Positions 28,194-37,673 of a DNA stretch of 64,000 nt are shown piece by piece (the stretch's first letter is position 1; each line of letters opens with the position of its first letter). The DNA is from Collinsella sp. (GTDB lineage Bacteria > Actinomycetota > Coriobacteriia > Coriobacteriales > Coriobacteriaceae), in NCBI GenBank assembly GCA_048203815.1, contig DBFBKG010000145.1, positions 2,220 to 66,219 on the forward strand, in the 5' to 3' direction. Made by a program: the position numbers and the translations under genes. The notes below the pieces were generated by a model. It saw nothing but the letters and a program-made list of their open reading frames with translations. It searched no databases and was not told where the DNA came from.

Positions 28194-28237
28194 CCAAAAC
28201 CACCACAAAGGGGACAGGCACCTTTGTGGTGGTTTTT
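28194..28237 (+). repeat. REP-like hairpin/bidirectional terminator, type A copy 2
   Basis: Perfect stem AAAACCACCACAAAGG/CCTTTGTGGTGGTTTT with loop GGACAGGCA, between convergent genes. Confidence 0.88.
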
Positions 28238-28692
28238 TATTGCTCCAACATGCTGGGGTCGAACTCGCTTGCCGGGATCACACGGTAGCCGTGGCGCAGG
28301 AGCAGGTCGACGAAAACACCGTTGCCCACGGTGAGCGTACCGCTGAACGTTCCGTCGTAGATGCGGCCTGCGCCACACGAGGGACTACGGTCCTGCAGGA
28401 TGCACGCGGCGATCTCTTCCGGACCGCCCGCTTGCTCGCACATATCGAGCGCACGTTGAGCGCCTAGGCGAAACTCACGATCGACCGAGATACCCTCGCA
28501 GGTACGGACCTCGCCGTCCACGATCTCGGACGGCTTGCGCGGTGTGGGCAGGCCGCCAAAGACCTCAGGGCATACCAACAGGACCTCGGTCCCCGTGCGC
28601 TCGCAAGCCTCGACCAGTTCGCGATGGTAGTTGTCGAGCCCGTTATACTTGCAGCTCTCGCCCATCAAGCAGGCGCTCACCACGATCTTCAT
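28237..28692 (-). CDS. DUF523 family protein (2-thiouracil desulfidase-like)
   Basis: VSACLMG..CKYNG, VCPEV.GGLPTPR, SPSCG..IYDGTFSG. Confidence 0.9.
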   Translation of the reverse strand: MKIVVSACLMGESCKYNGLDNYHRELVEACERTGTEVLLVCPEVFGGLPTPRKPSEIVDGEVRTCEGISVDREFRLGAQRALDMCEQAGGPEEIAACILQDRSPSCGAGRIYDGTFSGTLTVGNGVFVDLLLRHGYRVIPASEFDPSMLEQ

Positions 28693-28709
28693 ACATATCC
28701 CTCCCACGT

Positions 28710-28748
28710 AAAACGCCCCATTTGAGATAGAAGCTCAAATGGGGCGTT
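28710..28748 (-). terminator. Hairpin terminator after ftsH
   Basis: Perfect 15-bp stem 28712-28726/28734-28748 with a short T tail. Confidence 0.65.
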
Positions 28749-28767
28749 CGGCGCTGTGCAGCCAGCC

Positions 28768-30675
28768 TTACTGCTGCTTTGGCATCAGCGGATTCTCGCG
28801 GGTGAGGAGATTCATAAACTCCTCGCCCGTGATCGTCTCCTTCTTGTACAGATAACGAGCCAGCTCGTGGAGCTTGAACTTGTTCTCCTTCAGGATCTGC
28901 AGAGCGCGGTCGTGCGCATCCTCGATCAGCTTGGCGACAATCGCGTCCACGCGCTCGGCCGTACCGGGAGCGCAGGTAAGCGACGTGTCCTGGTTGAGGT
29001 ACGCATTCTGCACGGTACCGAGCGCCATCATGCCAAACTCGTCGGACATACCAAAGCGCGTCACCATGTTGCGGGCGAGCTTGGTGGCCTGTTCGATATC
29101 GTTGGCGGCACCGGTCGTCATCTCGCCAAAGATGAGTTCCTCGGCCGCACGGCCGCCGCAGTAGACGGCAAGCTTGTCCAAGACCTCCTGGCGTGTCGTC
29201 AGGAAGCGCTCGTCCTCCTCGACCTGCATGGTATAGCCAAGAGCACCGCTCGTGCGCGGCACGATGGTGATCTTGGTAACCGGCGCGGAACCCTTTTGGC
29301 GGGCAGCGACGATGGCATGGCCGATCTCGTGGTAGGAAACGACCTGCTTCTCGTGGTCGGACAGCACCGTGGACTTACGCTGCTGACCCGCGATGACGAC
29401 CTCCACCGACTCCTCAAAATCGTCCTGCGTGGCGCGCTTGCGGCCCTCGCGGACAGCACGCAGGGCGCCCTCGTTGATAATGTTAGCCAGGTCGGCGCCC
29501 GAGGCACCAGGCGTGGCACGGGCAATCGCGGTCAGGTCGATCGGCGGCTGCGTCTTCACGCTCTTTGCATGCAGCTCAAGGATGTTCTTGCGACCGGTCA
29601 GGTCGGGCAGCTCAACGGGGATACGGCGGTCAAAACGACCGGGGCGCAGCAGGGCCGGGTCGAGGCTGTCGGGGCGGTTGGTAGCAGCGAGAACGACAAT
29701 ACCCTTGTGGTTATCGAAGCCGTCCATCTCGGTCAGAAGCTGGTTGAGCGTCTGCTCGCGCTCATCGTTGCCACTAAAGCCACCGCCATCGCGCTTCTTG
29801 CCGATGGTATCGATCTCATCGATAAACACGATGCACGGGGCCTTTTCCTTGGCCTGCTTAAACAGGTCGCGCACCTTGGCGGCGCCGCGGCCGACAAACA
29901 TCTCAACAAACTCAGAACCAGAAATACTAAAGAACGGCACGCCCGCCTCGCCGGCCACAGCCTTGGCGAGCAGGGTTTTACCGGTACCCGGAGGGCCAAC
30001 AAGGAGAGCGCCGCGCGGCAGCTTGGCGCCGATCTCCTCGTAGCGCTGCGGCTTCTCCAGAAAGTCGACGACCTCCTTGAGGGATTCCTTGGCCTCTTCC
30101 TGGCCGGCGACATCCTTAAAGGTCACGCCCACGTCCTTGGAGGCGATCACGCGCGCGCCAGACTTACCCAGTCCACCGCCGCCAAAACCGCCGCCGCCAA
30201 AGTTCATCGACGGACCGTCATCGCCCATGGCCTTCTTCATGCGGCGGTTGAGCCACCAGCCGATCAGGAAGAAAATCGCCATGGGAAGAATGAGCGTAAG
30301 CAGGTAGTAGGTCATCAGGCCCGAGTTCTTATCGGGAACGACCGACTCAAGCGAGGCGCCAGATTCAAGCACGCGATCGGTAAAGCCCGCGTCATTCGGC
30401 ACACCGGTCGTCTTGTAGGCGATGTTCTCGTCCTCGCCCTTCTTGGTGTAATAAATCGTGTAATCGTCCGTGTTGTACTCGACCTTGTCGACACTCTTCT
30501 TATCGAGCGCTTTGACAAACGTCGAGTAATCGGTCTTCGTAATCTGCTGCGTGTGACCGATGTTGGGGAACAGAACGGTCGAGAGCACGAGGTAGACGAC
30601 GAAGGCGATGAGCACGTAGAGGATCATATTCCGTCTACGTTTGTTGTCATCCATCTCCATCTGCTTGAACTCCAT
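28768..30675 (-). CDS. ftsH: ATP-dependent zinc metalloprotease FtsH
   Basis: Two TMs, [36 protein letters not shown] (HExxH); start may be 30660. Confidence 0.96.
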   Translation of the reverse strand: MEFKQMEMDDNKRRRNMILYVLIAFVVYLVLSTVLFPNIGHTQQITKTDYSTFVKALDKKSVDKVEYNTDDYTIYYTKKGEDENIAYKTTGVPNDAGFTDRVLESGASLESVVPDKNSGLMTYYLLTLILPMAIFFLIGWWLNRRMKKAMGDDGPSMNFGGGGFGGGGLGKSGARVIASKDVGVTFKDVAGQEEAKESLKEVVDFLEKPQRYEEIGAKLPRGALLVGPPGTGKTLLAKAVAGEAGVPFFSISGSEFVEMFVGRGAAKVRDLFKQAKEKAPCIVFIDEIDTIGKKRDGGGFSGNDEREQTLNQLLTEMDGFDNHKGIVVLAATNRPDSLDPALLRPGRFDRRIPVELPDLTGRKNILELHAKSVKTQPPIDLTAIARATPGASGADLANIINEGALRAVREGRKRATQDDFEESVEVVIAGQQRKSTVLSDHEKQVVSYHEIGHAIVAARQKGSAPVTKITIVPRTSGALGYTMQVEEDERFLTTRQEVLDKLAVYCGGRAAEELIFGEMTTGAANDIEQATKLARNMVTRFGMSDEFGMMALGTVQNAYLNQDTSLTCAPGTAERVDAIVAKLIEDAHDRALQILKENKFKLHELARYLYKKETITGEEFMNLLTRENPLMPKQQ

Positions 30676-30702
30676 CTACTGGGGTTGATAATGTTTTCTA
30701 GA

Positions 30703-30727
30703 ATACCCAACCCGGACGGCGATAAAC
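30703..30727 (-). promoter_or_regulatory. Candidate SigB/SigF-type promoter of ftsH
   Basis: Minus strand GTTTA-N14-GGGTAT. Confidence 0.5.
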
Positions 30728-30752
30728 CGACGCCGGGCACGAAAGGACAGAG

Positions 30753-31238
30753 ATGGCATCACTGAAAGTCGGCAAGGTTCAAATCTATACGGGCGACGGC
30801 AAGGGCAAGACGACGGCTGCGCTGGGCCTCGCGCTGCGCGCCACGGGCTATGGACTTAACGTGCTCATGCTTCAGTTTGCCAAGAAGCTGCACTGTGCCG
30901 AACATGACGCAGCACCTCGATTGGGGCTACGCATCGTACAAGCCGACCGCGACACGCCCGAAGCCTGTGCCGCACAGATCATGGAGCTGGCGCGCGAGCA
31001 GATTGGCCAGGTCGACGTACTGATCTTGGATGAGCTGGGAGAAGCCATGCGACGGGGCTTTGTGACGCGCGAAGATGTCGAAGCGTTGATCGCGATGAAA
31101 CCAACCACCACGGAGCTCGTGCTCACCGGCCGCGGTTTGCTGCCCCTCGCCGACCTTGCCGACCTAGTAACCGAAATGCGCCCCGTCAAACACTACTTCG
31201 ACGAAGGCCTCCTAGCCCGCCAAGGCATCGAATACTAG
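30753..31238 (+). CDS. ATP:corrinoid adenosyltransferase (CobO/BtuR type)
   Basis: IYTGDGKGKTTAA, LILDE, LVLTGR, ADLVTEM, KHYF..G..A..GIEY. Confidence 0.92.
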   Translation: MASLKVGKVQIYTGDGKGKTTAALGLALRATGYGLNVLMLQFAKKLHCAEHDAAPRLGLRIVQADRDTPEACAAQIMELAREQIGQVDVLILDELGEAMRRGFVTREDVEALIAMKPTTTELVLTGRGLLPLADLADLVTEMRPVKHYFDEGLLARQGIEY

Positions 31239-31264
31239 CCATTGCGGACGTCCCCAATGGCTAG
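31235..31264. repeat. 30-bp palindrome (REP-like type B) containing both convergent stop codons
   Basis: CTAGCCATTG-CGGACGTCCC-CAATGGCTAG, one mismatched pair. Confidence 0.75.
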
Positions 31265-32610
31265 GCAGTGGCGCGACCTAGCCAGTTGCCGCTGTGGTGG
31301 TAGATGGTGAACATTATGGCGGTGATGAGCCAGGTTACGGGGTAGACCAGCAGCAGGTGCTCAAGCGACGGATCGAACGGCATAATCGCAAACACCCAGA
31401 TCACCCTGAGCACGACGGTGCCAAAAATCGTGAGCAGCATGGGCTGCAAGCTCACGCCGGCGCCGCGGATGGAACCCGAGGCGTTCTCGATAATCGAGAA
31501 AATCGCATAGAACGGCGCAATGAAATGGAGGATGGTCGTGGTGTACGCCGAAATCGAAGCATCGTCGACAAACAGACGAGACAGCGGACCCGAGAATACC
31601 AGCAGCATGGCAGACAGGCCACCAATGAGCATAAACGACAGCACGAGCGACGTGTGGTATCCCTTTCGCATGCGATCGTAATTGCGCGCACCAAAGTTCT
31701 GCGCCGAGAACGTGGTGATCGACACGCCAAGCGCCTCGGTAACCATCCAGACAATGCCATCCAGGCGGCCCGAAAGACCCCAAGCCGTGGTGACATCGGC
31801 ACCAAACGAGTTGACCGACACCTGAATCAAAACGTTGGAAATCGAATACGCAGCAGACTGAAAGCCAAGCGGCAGACCACACGAGATCATGCTCTTACAA
31901 ATACCAGAATCAATGCCGAGTTTGGACAGTGAAAGCCGCCACGCACCCGGTGCGTGCATCATACGAATCACGATCATCGTGGCGTTGGAGCAAATGGTCA
32001 GCGCCACCGCGATGCCACAGCCCAGCGCTTCCATGTGAAGCACGGCAACGAAGATGACATCCAGCACCGCATTAACAAGGCAGCCGGAAGCGATGATCAC
32101 AGCAGGCCCGCGCGTGTCGCCCACGGCGCGCAGCAATGCCGTTCCCATATTGAGCAGCAGCGCCGCAACCATGGCGGCAAAATAGCAACGGGCATAGGCC
32201 ACGCCCTCGGCCAATAATTCATGCGGCGTGTTCATAAACACCAGCATGGGCTCAACGAACACTATGCCAAGAATCGAGAAAACGATACCGCCCACCAGCG
32301 CGAGCGTCATGGCCGTATGGACCGATCGGCTCAGGCGCCCGTCATCGTGCTGACCAAAAAACTGGCCCGTAATGACCGCGCAGCCGGCGCCGACGCCAAC
32401 GCAAAAGCCAATGCAGAGCTCGGTGAGCACCATTGTGGCCTGGATGCCGCCCAACGCGAGCTTGCCGCCAAACTGACCGACGATATAGGTACCGATAAGC
32501 GTGTAGGCCTGCTGAAAAAACGAACTAAAAAAGATGGGAACGCACAGAGAAAGCAGCTGCTGCCAAATAACACCCTGCGTTACATCGATAGCCGTAGATT
32601 TCTTAGCCAC
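31261..32610 (-). CDS. MATE family efflux transporter
   Basis: Multi-TM; IVGQF.G..ALG, LRAVGDTRGP, GLPLG, FSAQNFGA, RGAG. Confidence 0.94.
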   Translation of the reverse strand: MAKKSTAIDVTQGVIWQQLLSLCVPIFFSSFFQQAYTLIGTYIVGQFGGKLALGGIQATMVLTELCIGFCVGVGAGCAVITGQFFGQHDDGRLSRSVHTAMTLALVGGIVFSILGIVFVEPMLVFMNTPHELLAEGVAYARCYFAAMVAALLLNMGTALLRAVGDTRGPAVIIASGCLVNAVLDVIFVAVLHMEALGCGIAVALTICSNATMIVIRMMHAPGAWRLSLSKLGIDSGICKSMISCGLPLGFQSAAYSISNVLIQVSVNSFGADVTTAWGLSGRLDGIVWMVTEALGVSITTFSAQNFGARNYDRMRKGYHTSLVLSFMLIGGLSAMLLVFSGPLSRLFVDDASISAYTTTILHFIAPFYAIFSIIENASGSIRGAGVSLQPMLLTIFGTVVLRVIWVFAIMPFDPSLEHLLLVYPVTWLITAIMFTIYHHSGNWLGRATA

Positions 32611-32735
32611 ACGCCCTCCCCACTAGCGTACGTCATACAACAAAACGGCAATTTAAGACCAAAGCCAATACCAGCTTAGCACCGACCGATATCGGCCGAA
32701 ACGCCCCAAACCAGAGCCCGGTGCGAAATATCTGC

Positions 32736-33650
32736 CTAGTGATACAGCCCCGGCTGGTAGTGGTACTCGTTGCTCACATGCGGGCACAGCTGCCAAAAGG
32801 CGACAGCACTTGCCGCGGCCACGTTAAGCGAATCGACCCCGTGCGCCATCGGAATGCGCACGGCTCGGTCGCAGCCAGCAATGGTCTTGGCGCCTAAGCC
32901 AGCACCCTCGGTGCCCATAAAGATTGCCAGGCGGTCAATCTCCTGCAGCGCGGGATCGTCCAACGACACCGAATCATCCGTCAACGCCATCGCGGCACAC
33001 GAAAAGCCGGCATCGTGCAGCGCCGCCAGCCCATCATGCGGCCATACGCGCGCCTCGCTGCCAATGCGTGTCCAGGGCACCTGGAACACCGTGCCCATGC
33101 TCACGCGGGCCGAGCGACGGTACAGCGGATCGCAGCACGTAGGGCTCACCAAAATGCCATCGACGTTCAGCGCAGCCGCCGAGCGGAAAATCGCGCCGAC
33201 GTTGGTGTGGTCGACAATACCCTCGAGCACGCACACGCGCACCGGGCGCTCTCCCGCCGCCTCGACGACGCCGCCCAAGAACTCATCAACCGGAATCTGA
33301 CGCGGGCGACGGAACGCCGCGAGCGCACCGCGCGTCACGTTAAAGCCCGTCAGCTGCTCCATAAGCTCCATCGAGGCCACGAACACGGGAACCGGGCCCG
33401 CACCTTCGCGTACCGCCAGGCGCTCAAACAGCGGCATCATCTGGTCGAGCCAGCGTTCGCCCAAAAGAAAGCTCACCGGCTCGTATCCGGCGCGCACTGC
33501 ACGCTCGATGACCTTGGCACTCTCGGCGATAAAAATGCCCTTCTGCGGCTCCAGCACGCAGCGAAGCTCACGCTCGGTCAGTCGCACGTAGGCATCGAGC
33601 CGCTCGTCCTCGAGCGAATCGATTCGCAGCACCTCAACGGCATCAGTCAT
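32736..33650 (-). CDS. TrmH/SpoU family RNA methyltransferase
   Basis: FIAES.KVI, DHTNVGAIFRSA, RVSMG, GTEGAGL, IPM..GVDSLNVAAA. Confidence 0.93.
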   Translation of the reverse strand: MTDAVEVLRIDSLEDERLDAYVRLTERELRCVLEPQKGIFIAESAKVIERAVRAGYEPVSFLLGERWLDQMMPLFERLAVREGAGPVPVFVASMELMEQLTGFNVTRGALAAFRRPRQIPVDEFLGGVVEAAGERPVRVCVLEGIVDHTNVGAIFRSAAALNVDGILVSPTCCDPLYRRSARVSMGTVFQVPWTRIGSEARVWPHDGLAALHDAGFSCAAMALTDDSVSLDDPALQEIDRLAIFMGTEGAGLGAKTIAGCDRAVRIPMAHGVDSLNVAAASAVAFWQLCPHVSNEYHYQPGLYH

Positions 33651-33729
33651 AGCAGCCAGCCCGCACCCTTCTTTACAGCACCTATACAAATATCGGGGCA
33701 ACGCCATGCGCTGCCCCGCCACTCATTTC

Positions 33730-33760
33730 AACCCGATAATACCGAAGGGATAATCGGGTT
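33730..33760 (-). terminator. Hairpin after folA
   Basis: Imperfect stem closed by a C(TTCG)G loop on the minus strand. Confidence 0.45.
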
Positions 33761-34287
33761 TACGCCTCAACGCGACGATACGTCACGAACTCATAATCGA
33801 GACCCTCGTCACCCTCGCCCGCGGCAATCGTGGCAACACCGCCACGCCTCGCAATCTCCCACGCGGGATCGGCATCCAGATCGGGAAAGTACGTATCCAC
33901 GTCATGCACGCAATGGTTATGCGTAACCTCGGCCTCGACGCAATACGGCAAGAACTGTCGATACACCTCGCCGCCGCCAATCACCCACGCAATGGACTCA
34001 TCGGCCACGGCGGCCAAGGCCTCGTCGACGCTATGCACCACGTCGACACCCTCGGCAGCAAAGCTCTCGTCGCGGGTGAGCACGATATTGCGGCGATTCT
34101 TGAGCGGTCGTCCGCCGGGAAAACTCAGAAGTGTCTTGCGTCCCATAATGACCGGGCAACCTTTGGTGCACGCCACAAAATGGCGCATATCGGAGCGATT
34201 GGACACGACCATGTCACCCTCGCAGCCAATGCCCCAGTCATCGCACACAGCGACAATGGCAGAAAGCTTACACGTCATGCGCGTCAC
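33760..34287 (-). CDS. folA: Dihydrofolate reductase
   Basis: AIVAV..WGIG, DMRHF, VIMGRKT, PLKNRRNIVL, VIGGGEVY, DTYFP. Confidence 0.95.
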   Translation of the reverse strand: MTRMTCKLSAIVAVCDDWGIGCEGDMVVSNRSDMRHFVACTKGCPVIMGRKTLLSFPGGRPLKNRRNIVLTRDESFAAEGVDVVHSVDEALAAVADESIAWVIGGGEVYRQFLPYCVEAEVTHNHCVHDVDTYFPDLDADPAWEIARRGGVATIAAGEGDEGLDYEFVTYRRVEA

Positions 34288-35136
34288 CTACACCGCAATG
34301 GGGATGTTCTTGACCTGCGGGCCGTGCTCATAGCCCTCAACAATCAGATCATCGGTCGTAAACGCGTAGAAATCATGCACATCGGGGTTGAGCGTTACCT
34401 TGGGAGCCGCAAACTGCGGGCGCTCGATAAGCTCGCGGACGATATCGACATGACGGTCGTAAATATGGGCATCGGCGATCACGTGCAGCAACTCGCCGGG
34501 AATCATATCGACCGACTGCGCAACCATCATCAGCAGAATGGCATACTGGCACACATTCCAGTTGTTCGCGGCCAAAATGTCCTGGCTACGCTGGTTGAGA
34601 ATCATGTTGAGCGTCGGTTTGTCATCCTGCGGGCGCTGCGTCACGTTATACGTCACGCTGTAGGCGCACGGATACAGGTGCATCTCGGACAGATCGCTAA
34701 ACACATAGGTGTTCGTCATAATGCGGCGGCTGTACGGCGTGTTCTTAAGGTCGTACAGCACGCGGTCCATCTGGTCAAAGTCACCCTCGGCATAATGGCT
34801 CTTCTGGCCAATCTGATACCCGTAGGCCTTGCCGATGGAACCGGTCTCGTCGGCCCACTCATCCCAGATATGGCTGTTGAGGTCATGCACGTTATTGGAC
34901 TTCTTCTGATAGATCCATAGGATCTCGTCCATGGCAGATTTGAGGGCCGTACGACGCAGGGTAAGAGCCGGAAACTCCTCACGCAGGTCGTAGCGGGCCG
35001 TGACACCAAAGTTTTTAATGGTATAGGCAGGGGTGCCATCCTCCCACACCGGGCGGACCTTTTGGCCCTCGGTGGTGGTGCCATGGTCCAGAATATCGCG
35101 GCACATGGTTACAAACTGTTGATCAGCTTTGCTCAT
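34288..35136 (-). CDS. thyA: Thymidylate synthase
   Basis: EILWI, IWDEW, AYGYQ, SRRI, LYPCAY, QRSQD, DAHIYDRH; ATG 35136 after an AGGAGG SD. Confidence 0.96.
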   Translation of the reverse strand: MSKADQQFVTMCRDILDHGTTTEGQKVRPVWEDGTPAYTIKNFGVTARYDLREEFPALTLRRTALKSAMDEILWIYQKKSNNVHDLNSHIWDEWADETGSIGKAYGYQIGQKSHYAEGDFDQMDRVLYDLKNTPYSRRIMTNTYVFSDLSEMHLYPCAYSVTYNVTQRPQDDKPTLNMILNQRSQDILAANNWNVCQYAILLMMVAQSVDMIPGELLHVIADAHIYDRHVDIVRELIERPQFAAPKVTLNPDVHDFYAFTTDDLIVEGYEHGPQVKNIPIAV

Positions 35137-35219
35137 TGACCCTCCTGTCAGTCGCCTACAAGCGAGATTCATTGTAGCCCAGGCGCACGCAGCCCCACAG
35201 CCCAAACATAAGCCCTCAT

Positions 35220-35293
35220 TTTCTGACATATGCCAGAAATTCCTTGCGCAAATCTGCGCGTTCGCTATTCTATTGTTGACATATGTCAGATAA
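35220..35293. promoter_or_regulatory. Two palindromic operator-like sites flanking the promoter of the DUF134 gene
   Basis: TTTCTGACATATGCCAGAAA (35220-35239) and TGACATATGTCA (35277-35288); TTGCGC-N16-TATTCT lies between them. Confidence 0.7.
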
Positions 35294-35302
35294 GGAGTGC
35301 AC

Positions 35303-36067
35303 ATGGCAGGAAGACGCGAGAAAATACGCCGCGTCGGGATTATCCCCGAATACCGCGGCTTTATCCCTGACGGCCTGGCGAGCGGCGATGCCATCGACAT
35401 GACGGTCGACGAACTCGAAGTCCTGCGCCTGTGCGACCTGGAAGGCCTTAACCAAGAGGCAGTCGCACAGCAGATGGGCATTGCCCGCGCCACGGTGGCG
35501 GCAATCTGCAGCCGCGCGCATCGCAAGGTGGCAAACGCGCTGGTCAACGGACGAGCGCTCATCATCGAGGGCGGCAATATCGCGTACTCCCCCATCACCA
35601 CAGTGACGGCCGTATGGCCAGCAAAGGAGGTCGACACCATGAGGGTGGCAACCACGTACGACAACGGCAACATCTTTATGCACTTTGGCCGCAGCGAGCA
35701 GTTCAAGATCTACGACATTCAGGACGGCAAGGTGCTCAACGAGCAGGTCGTGGGCACCGGCGGCACCGGCCACGGTGCCCTGGCGGGCCTGCTCGCCAAC
35801 GGCGGTGTGGACACGCTCATCTGCGGCGGCATTGGCGGTGGCGCTATCAACGCGCTCGCCCAGGCCGGCATCACAGTCTATGCGGGCGCCCAGGGCAGCT
35901 GCGACGCTTGCGTCGAGGCCCTTATCGCCGGCACGCTCGCACAGAACGGCGAGGCCACGTGCGGCTGCCACGGCCATGACCACGACCACGCCCACGAACA
36001 CGGCGAGTCCTGCAGCTGCCACGACCATCACGAGCACGAGGGCCACGAGGGCTGCAGCTGCCACTAA
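35303..36067 (+). CDS. DUF134 HTH + NifB/NifX-like domain fusion with His/Cys-rich tail
   Basis: DELEVLRLCDLEGLNQEAVAQQMGIARAT..AHRKVA.ALVNG; HFGRSEQF, ICGGIG; three CxCH motifs. Confidence 0.88.
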   Translation: MAGRREKIRRVGIIPEYRGFIPDGLASGDAIDMTVDELEVLRLCDLEGLNQEAVAQQMGIARATVAAICSRAHRKVANALVNGRALIIEGGNIAYSPITTVTAVWPAKEVDTMRVATTYDNGNIFMHFGRSEQFKIYDIQDGKVLNEQVVGTGGTGHGALAGLLANGGVDTLICGGIGGGAINALAQAGITVYAGAQGSCDACVEALIAGTLAQNGEATCGCHGHDHDHAHEHGESCSCHDHHEHEGHEGCSCH

Positions 36068-36130
36068 CGGCACGACACCGCGAGCTCGGGGCGCGACGCC
36101 GAACTCAACCCAACAATCAAAGCCAACAAC

Positions 36131-36162
36131 AAAGGCCACCCGGTAGCTTCCGAGTGGCCTTT
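36131..36162. terminator. Bidirectional terminator between the DUF134 gene and ffh
   Basis: AAAGGCCAC-CCGG/CCGA-GTGGCCTTT hairpin. Confidence 0.75.
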
Positions 36163-36187
36163 GCCATATCAAGCTGGAATTACAGCC

Positions 36188-37663
36188 CTATTTCTTATTG
36201 CGCATCTGCGCTTCCATCTGGCGCAGCAGCTCCATATCGGACTTGGGACCGCCCGTACCCAGGCCGCCCATGCCGCCCAGACCCATAGCGTCCAGGCCAG
36301 GGATATTGGGCATGCGCATCTTCTTGCCCTTCCTACCCTTTTTGCCCTTCTTGCCGCCGGCCTGTGCCTGATTGGCCATCGTGCGCATGCGGCCCATCAT
36401 CTTATTCATCTCGCCCCACTGCTTCATAAGGCTGTTGACTTCGGTGGGGGTTACGCCGGCGCCCTTGGCGATACGCGCGCGGCGCTGACCGTTGATTATG
36501 GAGGGACGCAGGCGCTCCTCCTTGGTCATCGACATGATGATGGCCTCGTTCTTATCGAAGATACCCTCGTCCAGGTTGCCGCCCATCTGGTTGAGGGCGC
36601 GCTGGCCACCGGGGAGCATGCCCAGGATACCCTTCATGCCGCCCATCTTCTTGACGGCCTTCATCTGGTCGAGCATGTCGTTCATGGTAAAGCCCTCGCG
36701 CAGCATACGCTCGGCAGCCTCGAGCTGCTCGGCATCGGCTGCCTCCTGAGCCTTCTCGATAATGCCGACGACATCGCCCATGCCCAGAATGCGCTTGGCC
36801 ATGCGATCGGGATAGAACGGCTCAAGCGAATCGGGCTTCTCGCCCATGCTCACAAACTTGATGGGCTTGCCGGTCACCTGACGCACCGAAAGCGCGCCAC
36901 CGCCACGGGCATCGCCGTCGAGCTTGGAGATGATCACACCGTCAAAGTCGGTGCGATCGGCGAAGGTCGAGACGACGTTGACGATGTCCTGGCCGGTCAT
37001 GGCGTCGACGACCATCAGCACCTGGTCGGGCTTGACGGCCTTCTTGATGTCGACGGCCTCCTGCATCATCTGCTCGTCGATCTGAAGGCGACCGGCGGTA
37101 TCGACGATGACCACGTCGCGCAAATGGTCGACGGCCTCCTGGATGGCGCCCTTGGCAATGTCGACAGGGTGCGCGCCGTCACCGCGAAAGACCGGTACGC
37201 CGATCTCGCCACCGAGCGTGGCCAGCTGGTCGGCAGCAGCGGGACGGTAGACGTCGCACGCGGCGAGCAGCGGCGAGCGGCCCTGCTTCTTGAGCAGGTA
37301 GGCCAGCTTTACGGCAGCCGTGGTCTTACCGGAGCCCTGCAGGCCCACGAGCATGATGACATTGGGGATGCGGTTGCTAAAGACGAGCTTGCTCTCGGTG
37401 GAGCCGAGCATTTCGGTGAGCTCGTCGAGCACGATCTTGACGACGTTTTGCGCCGGCGACAGCGACTCCATGACCTCGGCGGTCATGCAGCGCTCCTTGG
37501 TCTTGGCGACAAACTCCTTAACGACCTTAAAGTTGACGTCGGCCTCGAGCAGCGCCATGCGGATGTCGCGCATGGCAGAAGTAATATCGGCCTCGGTCAG
37601 CTTACCCTTGCCGCGCAGGCGGTCAAATGTGTCGTTGAGGCGATCGCTCAGGGAATCAAACAC
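36188..37663 (-). CDS. ffh: Signal recognition particle protein
   Basis: ALLEADV, GLQGSGKTT, DTAGR, KLDGDARGG, RILGMGD, M domain. Confidence 0.97.
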   Translation of the reverse strand: MFDSLSDRLNDTFDRLRGKGKLTEADITSAMRDIRMALLEADVNFKVVKEFVAKTKERCMTAEVMESLSPAQNVVKIVLDELTEMLGSTESKLVFSNRIPNVIMLVGLQGSGKTTAAVKLAYLLKKQGRSPLLAACDVYRPAAADQLATLGGEIGVPVFRGDGAHPVDIAKGAIQEAVDHLRDVVIVDTAGRLQIDEQMMQEAVDIKKAVKPDQVLMVVDAMTGQDIVNVVSTFADRTDFDGVIISKLDGDARGGGALSVRQVTGKPIKFVSMGEKPDSLEPFYPDRMAKRILGMGDVVGIIEKAQEAADAEQLEAAERMLREGFTMNDMLDQMKAVKKMGGMKGILGMLPGGQRALNQMGGNLDEGIFDKNEAIIMSMTKEERLRPSIINGQRRARIAKGAGVTPTEVNSLMKQWGEMNKMMGRMRTMANQAQAGGKKGKKGRKGKKMRMPNIPGLDAMGLGGMGGLGTGGPKSDMELLRQMEAQMRNKK

Positions 37664-37673
37664 TGGTTACTCC

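Noticed and set aside
30676..30752. Cobalamin riboswitch before cobO
   Set aside because: The spacer is only 77 bp and has no B12-box
35137..35706. Apparent 190-aa N-terminal extension of ThyA in the ORF track
   Set aside because: It is the antisense of the DUF134 gene plus the promoter spacer; the true start at 35136 has an AGGAGG SD
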